Shown piece by piece: positions 56,974-64,000 of a stretch of DNA of 64,000 nucleotides (position 1 is the first letter of the stretch; every line of letters starts with the position of its first letter). Origin of the DNA: an uncultured Gemmatimonadaceae bacterium. Its GTDB lineage: Bacteria > Gemmatimonadota > Gemmatimonadetes > Gemmatimonadales > Gemmatimonadaceae. Position numbers and translations under genes: made by a program. Location of the stretch: the NCBI GenBank assembly GCA_963817955.1, contig CAWFQK010000001.1, positions 448,001-512,000 on the forward strand. The letters run 5' to 3'. Under the pieces are notes generated by a model that was not told the DNA's origin, did no database searches, and worked only from the letters and a program-made list of their open reading frames with translations.

Positions 56974-58235
56974 GCAGTCCGATCGGCAGGAGTCAACAAT
57001 CGTACCGTCGCTGCGAGTCGCTTCGGCCAATCCGAGCGCATGCAGGGCTTCTCAACGAGATAGAAATATACGGCACACGCCGCGATTAGAATCGGCGTGA
57101 TCAGCAGAAATTGCCAAACGAACCCGGTGTCAAAGTCGTTTGTTACCCGCAGCTTGATGGTGTGGCGACCGACAAACGAGATGATCGGATAGTGAAGTAG
57201 GTAGATGGTATAGCACATACCGCCGATCGTCGTGATCCAGCGATTCGAGAACAGTTTCCGAGACCACACGCCGCGGAAGGTGGCACAGTAGAGTGCGAAC
57301 GTGATCGGCGGAAAGAGCCACCGCGAGACGTCGGGATAGTGCCACAGCACAGGCAGCAAAGGCCAGCCAAGGCATGAAACCAGGTCCCATGCTGGGATTT
57401 GCGTCGGCTCGGAACGCCATTCCGAAAGATAGACGTCGGCCAGAAGGAAGCCGAATAAGAAGAACTGCAGATAGTTGAGGATGGAGATTGAGAGACGAGC
57501 GTCGGCGGCTGGAATGGCGATCCACTGGAAGACCATCGCCGCGACGATCAGGCCTACGGTGGCCAGCCGTCTCGGTACTTTGTTCCGGATGGCAAAGAGC
57601 TGCGCCAGCAGAGGGACAAGGATGTAGAACTGAATCTCCACCTCCAGCGACCAGGCGACGCTGTTGATCAGGCTCCCGGTACCGTAAATGACGTTGTGGA
57701 GATATATGAGACTGGCCGCGAGGTGTGGAAGCAGCGCCGAAGCGCTCTGGCCAACGTAGACGACAGACATCACGAAAAAGAGCAACATGCTCAATGCGTA
57801 TGGCGGCTCGAGCCGTGTTAAGCGCCGAAGGAAATACGCGCGCAACGATACGGTTTTCGAGCCGCGCAGGTGGTGCGACGCGAACGGCAGGGCGAGCACG
57901 AACCCGCTTATGACGAAGAAAAGCTGCACGCCATAGTTTCCCTGCTCCAGCACGCGCGCTGCCAAGCTGAGCGATGGATCTGCAGCATAGGGCAGACCAT
58001 TGACTAAGAGATAGCCTCGCAAGTGGAAGAGGTACACCATCAGAATCGCGACAAACCGCAGGCCGTCGATCTCGGGTACGAATCTTCCCGAGGAGGTGAC
58101 GCGCCGAAATCGCTCAAGGCCGAAGTGCGACGCGCCAGGGGACTCAACAAACCCACTCGCTTCCGCGTTGGCGGGCACGTCGGCAACTCGTGGCGACGCG
58201 TCACCGAGGAGCGAATGGTTCGCACAGTGTATCAT
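56970..58235 (-). CDS. Acyltransferase-3 family O-acetyltransferase
   Basis: EIDGLRFVA, GVQLFFVISGF, RRLTRLEPPY, WSLEVEIQFY, VEKP; start uncertain. Confidence 0.9.
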   Translation of the reverse strand: MIHCANHSLLGDASPRVADVPANAEASGFVESPGASHFGLERFRRVTSSGRFVPEIDGLRFVAILMVYLFHLRGYLLVNGLPYAADPSLSLAARVLEQGNYGVQLFFVISGFVLALPFASHHLRGSKTVSLRAYFLRRLTRLEPPYALSMLLFFVMSVVYVGQSASALLPHLAASLIYLHNVIYGTGSLINSVAWSLEVEIQFYILVPLLAQLFAIRNKVPRRLATVGLIVAAMVFQWIAIPAADARLSISILNYLQFFLFGFLLADVYLSEWRSEPTQIPAWDLVSCLGWPLLPVLWHYPDVSRWLFPPITFALYCATFRGVWSRKLFSNRWITTIGGMCYTIYLLHYPIISFVGRHTIKLRVTNDFDTGFVWQFLLITPILIAACAVYFYLVEKPCMRSDWPKRLAATVRLLTPADRTA

Positions 58236-58374
58236 CGGGCTAGCTCGCCCCCTCGGGAATGACATTCTGCATCGTCGGTGCGTACCGGTACCAAAATGGG
58301 AAGAGTCTCTACCTTTCCCGTTGTGCGCGCTTCGTAACGGGTTGAGGATGCAATCGCTTGCTGGCCGGCCGGGA

Positions 58375-59697
58375 TCATGCCGAAGCTGTGACGGCGCTGG
58401 CACTTTGCATTGGACGGCTCGGTTGAGCCGCGGATGCCGTCTGATAGAGCTGGCCGACCAAAAGCCAGTACATCGCCCCGACTCCATCGTAGACAAGGCT
58501 GTTCCCCGTAATTCCGAACACAATATAGATCGCCAGGAAACAGTAGAAAAGCGTGAGCTCCTCCGTAGTTCGCATGCGCGTTCCAGTGCTGTACAGCATG
58601 ACGACGATAACGACAGTGAGTAGAATCATCCCGAGCGCCCCGATCCGTTGACCCATTTCGAGAAAGATGTTATGCGATCCCCAGAACCACTCTTCGGACC
58701 TGCCTCTGAATCCGAAATAGACGTCCATAACGCGTCCCGCGGGAACCACGAACGCCGACGAATGGGCAATCTGGTCAAACGACGCGTCCCAAATAGGCTT
58801 TCTATCGCCGAGCAACTTGAATTCCGCGTAGCCCTTTATGCTCGTCAAATCGAACCGGTCCGCCGCAGGCAACCGTAGCACGAAGATCGTGAGGAGAATC
58901 GGAAGAGCCAGTCCGGCGATCATGATCGGCTTCCGACGCAATAGATGATTCGTCAGGCGGTTCGTGGTGAGAAGAGCCAGAAAGGTCAGGCTGACGAGGA
59001 TGATTCCAAGACCGGTCAGCGTTGAGCTCTGCGACGCAATGATCTTCAACGCATACGCGAATGGGATGAGCGCCAGGAGACGTGGCTTCAAGCGCAGCCA
59101 CGCGTAGGGAATCAAACCGAATGCTATGAACAGCCAGTGGCCGCTCGTGAGTCCCAGAACCAACAGAAGCATCGAAAGGAAGAGAATCCGGTCGAGCACC
59201 GCCAAGAACTCCTCGCGACTACGCACGCACTGCGGCACGAGCACCGCGCCAACCGACAACGCGATGCGTAACCCCACCGTGAGGCCGGCGGGGTTCTTGT
59301 TTCCGGCAAGCACCGAATAGACCAGACCGATGCTCGCCAATGCGACGGCTGTGAGCCAACCCACCGTCAGAGCCCGGAGGTGGATTTGCTTGAAGCGAAG
59401 CAGTACTCTGATCAGGATCGCGAGCGAGAAAACCAGCCTCGTCGAGAGTGCGATCGGACCGACGAAAAACACGCTGCTGAGATGGTCGAAGATTCCCGGG
59501 GTTGTGCCAAGGTCCTGTGCGCCCGGATCTGTCGACGCAAAAACGATCGAAGGGACCAGCAGCACGAAGATCAGATAAAGATCGACGCGCTTTCGCCTCA
59601 CGAAGTGAACGAAGAGCCAAGCACAGGCTGGCAGCAATCGCGACCCCGCTAATCGCCCCGCCGAAGTGTAGCGCGACAAGGAAGTAGGCGGCGCCAT
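58375..59697 (-). CDS. Wzy/O-antigen-ligase-like polytopic membrane protein
   Basis: Many TM segments; R..IW and SHNIFLE motifs. Confidence 0.7.
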   Translation of the reverse strand: MAPPTSLSRYTSAGRLAGSRLLPACAWLFVHFVRRKRVDLYLIFVLLVPSIVFASTDPGAQDLGTTPGIFDHLSSVFFVGPIALSTRLVFSLAILIRVLLRFKQIHLRALTVGWLTAVALASIGLVYSVLAGNKNPAGLTVGLRIALSVGAVLVPQCVRSREEFLAVLDRILFLSMLLLVLGLTSGHWLFIAFGLIPYAWLRLKPRLLALIPFAYALKIIASQSSTLTGLGIILVSLTFLALLTTNRLTNHLLRRKPIMIAGLALPILLTIFVLRLPAADRFDLTSIKGYAEFKLLGDRKPIWDASFDQIAHSSAFVVPAGRVMDVYFGFRGRSEEWFWGSHNIFLEMGQRIGALGMILLTVVIVVMLYSTGTRMRTTEELTLFYCFLAIYIVFGITGNSLVYDGVGAMYWLLVGQLYQTASAAQPSRPMQSASAVTASA

Positions 59698-59755
59698 AAG
59701 ATCTGAGATGCCGGACTATTATAGTCAGCACGTGAGCGTCACCATTGCAGAGACG

Positions 59756-60892
59756 TCACCGGCATGCTGCGGCTGTCGCCTCCAGGAGCCGGGCCGCTTC
59801 TTTCTCCCAAGTGTTCATTCTCAGAAACCTATCCAGCTCTCGGCTGTATCGATCCCGCTCGCTCGCGACCGCGGTCAACGCGGCGGCGACACTCTCTGGA
59901 GTGACTTCCCCATCACATCCGACGAGCCGGCCCATTGGATGCGTCTCGAACAGGCTCCTGATTGTCGGCTGACACGTTGCCACCATCGGCAGGCCAGCCT
60001 GCGCATACTCTATCACCTTGTTGGGCGCGCAGAGTATTTCGTTGATGCTCCGCATTGAGTACGAGATGAAGCCGATATCTGCCTGTCGGATCACGTCGAA
60101 GACTTCCGCGTGCGGTACCGGTCCGATTACTCGCAAGCGATCTTCCGCGGTGTCGGCTGCCAAAGCGCGCACCGCACTGAGATCCGGCCCGTTGCCGACG
60201 AAGACCAGCTTGAAGTTCTTCGGGAGAAAGGGCAGCGTCTCGAGCAGCACACTGAGGCCACGGCCGAGATTGATGTCTCCCATGTAGACGACGTGAACGT
60301 CCTCGGATCGTGCTCGCCGGAGATCCGCATAGCGACTGAGCACCTCCGAATCATCAAGGTGGCCGGATGGAGTAGGCGGGATATTCTTCACCGCGACGGG
60401 AACTTCCGACAACCTATAGTGATCATGCATCACGGCTGCTCGTTCAGCATTGGCCGCGAGCACCAAGTCCGCCCGCCTCACTACCAGTCGTTCGAGTCGG
60501 TAGAAGAACCATTCCTTTCGCGTCATCGGCTGGCCCTCGGTGGGCACGATCAGCTCGTGCGCATCGTAGATGAAGCAGGCGCCGGAGAGGCGAGCGGCGA
60601 GCCAGCCGGGGAACGGCAAGAAGAAGTCGTTCGCGTACACGCTATCCGGTCGCATCCTCAACGCCGTGCGCAGAAGGACGAGCCAAAACACGAGCAGCCT
60701 TCCAATGCTCCCGAAGTGGGCTGCGGGCGCGGTTCGCAGAATCTGGAATCGATCCGATTGGTACTGCCCCGACCCGCGCAGACACAGCAGCGTCACGTCG
60801 TACTCGGTCGCGAGCGCGCCGCATGTGCGCTTCACGCGACCATCGACGTCGATCGGATTATACACCGCAATCAACATCCTGCGCCTCTTCAT
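59756..60892 (-). CDS. GT4 glycosyltransferase
   Basis: DGRV, IYDAHEL, PNKVIEYAQAGLP. Confidence 0.88.
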   Translation of the reverse strand: MKRRRMLIAVYNPIDVDGRVKRTCGALATEYDVTLLCLRGSGQYQSDRFQILRTAPAAHFGSIGRLLVFWLVLLRTALRMRPDSVYANDFFLPFPGWLAARLSGACFIYDAHELIVPTEGQPMTRKEWFFYRLERLVVRRADLVLAANAERAAVMHDHYRLSEVPVAVKNIPPTPSGHLDDSEVLSRYADLRRARSEDVHVVYMGDINLGRGLSVLLETLPFLPKNFKLVFVGNGPDLSAVRALAADTAEDRLRVIGPVPHAEVFDVIRQADIGFISYSMRSINEILCAPNKVIEYAQAGLPMVATCQPTIRSLFETHPMGRLVGCDGEVTPESVAAALTAVASERDRYSRELDRFLRMNTWEKEAARLLEATAAACR

Positions 60893-63069
60893 CGCGTGCG
60901 CACTCCGTATGCAGGAGAAAAGGCGATGGACGATGCGGGGGCAAAGGGATTCGTCGACGCCGGAGTCCAGGCCGACTTAAGTTCATATTCGTCGATGATG
61001 TCGATCGCGCCTGCCCTAAGAACAATTTGGCGGGTTACCCGCCCCCCTTCAGTCGTCATGGTTCCGCGGAATCCTTCGATCCCGAAAGCCTCGCATCGGC
61101 TTTCTCTGGTGAGCGGCTGCGAAAACGGCGCTGCGTCCCGTTTCGCAGCCGGACCCACCACTGAAGGAGACGCGTGCACCACAGCCGACCGGTAGTCGTT
61201 ACGAAGGGATCTCGATGCTGTATATACGTATGTGCCCGGGTCGGCCGTAATCGTGGTGCCGTCAATTGTGAGCTCAACGGCGAGGTGGTCCTCGTGTGCG
61301 TGCGTTCCAGCCCCGTCTCGCATTGAACTGCCGCAACGAATCACCAAATGCAATCGGTTCGACCGGACGACATAAGCTCCGAACTCGGGAAACGCAGCAA
61401 TCGATACACCGTTCAGCAGGCCACCATCATCTACAGGATGAGTCGCGGTCACACGATGCGTCACCCCTCTCACTCGACCCGGCACTTGCATGGCAGCCGC
61501 GGCAGAGTGGGGCTCCTGCCTCCGCGCGAAAGGAGCCACGGACATCCGCCGCTTTCCACTTACGAGTCTATCCGCGAGCGCTCGAGTAATTTGGCAGTTG
61601 GGCGCGTACCCCTGGTCGAGAAGCTCAGGCACGCTCAGTAGAGCACTTGCCCATGCAATCCAGTGTTGGTGATTCAGGCTCGGCTGCGCGACGTACGGGG
61701 AATGGTCTGGAAGGTCACGGAAAAGGGCGAGGTTCTGATACTTAGCTCGGGCGCTGGCGATGGTGCCGTCCAAGACCCATCCACCTATCCGTAGAAATCG
61801 GCCGCTGTCGTTGTCACCGATCTGGACGACCGTCCCATCCGGCTTGGTCATCTCCATCGTGAAGTCAACGGCATTCAGAATTCGAGCATAGAACTCGTCC
61901 GGAAAGAGCTTCTCCGTCTGTCGGTAGCGATTCTGGAGAATGCCGGGCGTTGACGGCCGCAGCTTCGGCCCATAACGCATCATCCCGGTGCTTGCGAACA
62001 GTGCTTCAATTCGCGACGCAGGTATGGCTTCGCAGAGCACGGCGCAGACGACGACCATCTCCGCGCAAAGTCGGTGGTAACTGGTGGACGCCTCGAAGTG
62101 GCCACCGTCAGAGAGGAACTGACGGTCGGTCTCTGCCGCCAATTCCTGTACGGCGAACGCCAGCCACGAATCGGCCTGGCCGTCCGGCTGCAGATAGGCC
62201 GCCGTGACCAAAAGTCCGCAAATATCGCCGAGGTAATGATTGGCCCGGTGACGTTCGGACCACTCGAGGTTCCGCGAAATGTGGCGAGCGTGATCATACG
62301 CAGTTGCCACCACCACTTCGTTAAACTCGTCATCAAACTCGTCGCCGGCTGATCGAAAGAGATCGTAAGCGATCAGCAGGTTGGCGATTCGGATCCCAAC
62401 GTCCATTGTCGAGGCCCAGTTCGCTCCGAAGCGAGGCGGGTTCGATGCGACCCAGTCGAGCACCTGGTTTCTAAACTCCTGGCGATACCGGGGTTCTTTG
62501 CCTACCAAGTAGGCTACCGCCAGCTCCGGAAAATGCTGCAGCCTCGAGAGCTCCCAGGGAACCTTGATATCAGCACCCGGTACGCTCCCATAAGCGATGT
62601 CACGATACCAGGTTCGTTCCGACCAGCGGAACCCGGACCTGAAATCAATCTGCCAGTCAATTGGTATGTACTCCGTCGATATCAAGGCTCTTATACGTCT
62701 CGCGGCTGATCGCCCGTGCCTCGGCAGATGATGCATAAGCGCTTCGGGCGTCGCCTGGCGCTCCGGAGGGTCGAAGCGAATCCGCTCGAAACCGAGACAA
62801 TCCATGCCGTGAAACACTCTCACCCAGCCGGAGCCAAGCAAGTCGAACCGGTGGCTGAGAAACAGCTCGATCGCGCTCGCGTCTGCAGCAGTGGGAGAAA
62901 AACGAATTCCCGCTGGAATCAGCCGCGCAAGCAGTTGATTCGGCTCGGTGGCCTCGCCGAACGATGTCAAGACCGCGTCGTGAGCGCGAAAAAAACTCCG
63001 TCGGAAGCTGTTACCCGCCCGTCGCCAGAGTTGGGAGAATGATTGAAGGGTGATCCGAGGGATACTCAT
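60889..63069 (-). CDS. Heparinase II/III-like protein
   Basis: DIKVPWELSRLQH, NHYL, DGGHFEASTSYH, IGDNDSG, HAHED, DPGTYVY. Confidence 0.88.
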   Translation of the reverse strand: MSIPRITLQSFSQLWRRAGNSFRRSFFRAHDAVLTSFGEATEPNQLLARLIPAGIRFSPTAADASAIELFLSHRFDLLGSGWVRVFHGMDCLGFERIRFDPPERQATPEALMHHLPRHGRSAARRIRALISTEYIPIDWQIDFRSGFRWSERTWYRDIAYGSVPGADIKVPWELSRLQHFPELAVAYLVGKEPRYRQEFRNQVLDWVASNPPRFGANWASTMDVGIRIANLLIAYDLFRSAGDEFDDEFNEVVVATAYDHARHISRNLEWSERHRANHYLGDICGLLVTAAYLQPDGQADSWLAFAVQELAAETDRQFLSDGGHFEASTSYHRLCAEMVVVCAVLCEAIPASRIEALFASTGMMRYGPKLRPSTPGILQNRYRQTEKLFPDEFYARILNAVDFTMEMTKPDGTVVQIGDNDSGRFLRIGGWVLDGTIASARAKYQNLALFRDLPDHSPYVAQPSLNHQHWIAWASALLSVPELLDQGYAPNCQITRALADRLVSGKRRMSVAPFARRQEPHSAAAAMQVPGRVRGVTHRVTATHPVDDGGLLNGVSIAAFPEFGAYVVRSNRLHLVIRCGSSMRDGAGTHAHEDHLAVELTIDGTTITADPGTYVYTASRSLRNDYRSAVVHASPSVVGPAAKRDAAPFSQPLTRESRCEAFGIEGFRGTMTTEGGRVTRQIVLRAGAIDIIDEYELKSAWTPASTNPFAPASSIAFSPAYGVRTR

Positions 63070-63090
63070 CGATAGCTCGATGCGTCAGGC

Positions 63091-64000
63091 TCACACACCC
63101 GATGCCGGCATCCCTGAGCGGCGTGCATGCACCAGTCGCTCCATCTCCGAGACGATCCGTTCTGCCGCCCGTCCATCCCACTTCTCCGGAATGGCGCCCT
63201 TCTTCCACTGGCCATCCATGACGCGCCTTAGAACGCGAGAGACATTTGCGGGATCTGTTCCGACGAGCTCATTCGTCCCTACGGATACGGTTTCGGGACG
63301 CTCCGTATTGTCGCGTACTGTCAGACAGGGAACACCGAACACCGTCGTCTCTTCCGTGATCCCCCCGGAGTCGGTGATCACGGCCTTGGCGTGCTTCACC
63401 AGATAGTTGAATTCCAGATACGGCAGTGGTCCGACCGCGTGAATCCCCTCAAGAAGCTCTCCTCGTTCCTTCAGCTGCCTATCCGTTCGTGGATGGACGG
63501 GAAAGATCACCGGAAAGCCGCCGGCCCCATCGACCACCGATCGGAGCAGAGCAGACAGGCGCTCCAGATCGTCCACATTCGAAGGACGATGTAGCGTGAG
63601 CACCAAGTATTGGCCAGCCCGTAGACTGTAGTTGCTCCAGAAGGCTGGAGGGCGCAGGTTGGACTCCTGTGTCATAAGCGTATCGATCATAGTATTCCCG
63701 ACGAAGAAGATCCGATCGTCGGACACGCCCGCCTTCCTCAAGTTTTGATTGGCCACCTCACTGGTGGTGAAGAACCAATTGGTGATGGAGTCCGTCACCA
63801 CCCGATTGATCTCTTCAGGCATCGCCCAGTCGTCCGAGCGAATGCCGCCTTCGACGTGTGCAACTGGAACGCCGAGTTTCCGCGCGGTGATCGCGCAGGC
63901 CATCGTTGAATTCACGTCACCGACGACGATGCATGCCTCGCTCCGCTCGTTCATCAGGACCTGCTCATAGCGGATCATGATCGCGGCTGTCTGCTCGGCC
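63091..64000 (-). CDS. wecB: Non-hydrolysing UDP-GlcNAc 2-epimerase, 5' end outside the window
   Basis: VGDVNST, HVEGGIRS, MPEEINR, TDSGGITEE, NTERP. Confidence 0.92.
   Translation of the reverse strand, partial: AEQTAAIMIRYEQVLMNERSEACIVVGDVNSTMACAITARKLGVPVAHVEGGIRSDDWAMPEEINRVVTDSITNWFFTTSEVANQNLRKAGVSDDRIFFVGNTMIDTLMTQESNLRPPAFWSNYSLRAGQYLVLTLHRPSNVDDLERLSALLRSVVDGAGGFPVIFPVHPRTDRQLKERGELLEGIHAVGPLPYLEFNYLVKHAKAVITDSGGITEETTVFGVPCLTVRDNTERPETVSVGTNELVGTDPANVSRVLRRVMDGQWKKGAIPEKWDGRAAERIVSEMERLVHARRSGMPASGV

Overview
GC-rich bacterial DNA in three parts; the lineage cannot be established from the sequence alone. (1) 1-3.2 kb: a frameshifted YdcF/DUF218 gene and transketolase, bracketed by inverted partial copies of a dispersed repeat. 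(2) ~3.3-40.7 kb: a hypervariable island of small, independently promoted cassettes. These are about 10 toxin-antitoxin or TA-like pairs, three Fic genes, eight stand-alone P-loop ATPase genes from five families, two TsdA-like diheme cytochromes and a beta-propeller lipoprotein. Cassette groups are separated by seven same-orientation copies of a ~200-330 bp non-coding element (here 'R') built on a ~108-nt hairpin with GTTGTGA heptamer arms. One R copy is split in its loop by a 24-bp tandem array and a four-helix-bundle (IVP/Avd-like) gene. Five cassettes recur as diverged copies in shuffled order, and the spacers hold short scars of neighbouring genes, some joined at microhomologies. No integrase or recombinase is visible in the island. 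(3) 40.7-64 kb: a minus-strand surface-polysaccharide locus (CapD/PglF-like dehydratase, WbpL-like initiator, probable UDP-L-QuiNAc pathway, glycosyltransferases, acyltransferase, Wzy-like protein, heparinase-like protein, WecB). It is interrupted by a complete IS5-family element and a reversed peptide/methyltransferase/sulfatase unit. The best candidate for an undescribed system is the R-hairpin-delimited cassette array with its four-helix-bundle-containing copy. Caveat: several single-base frameshifts and the duplications could partly be assembly artefacts.
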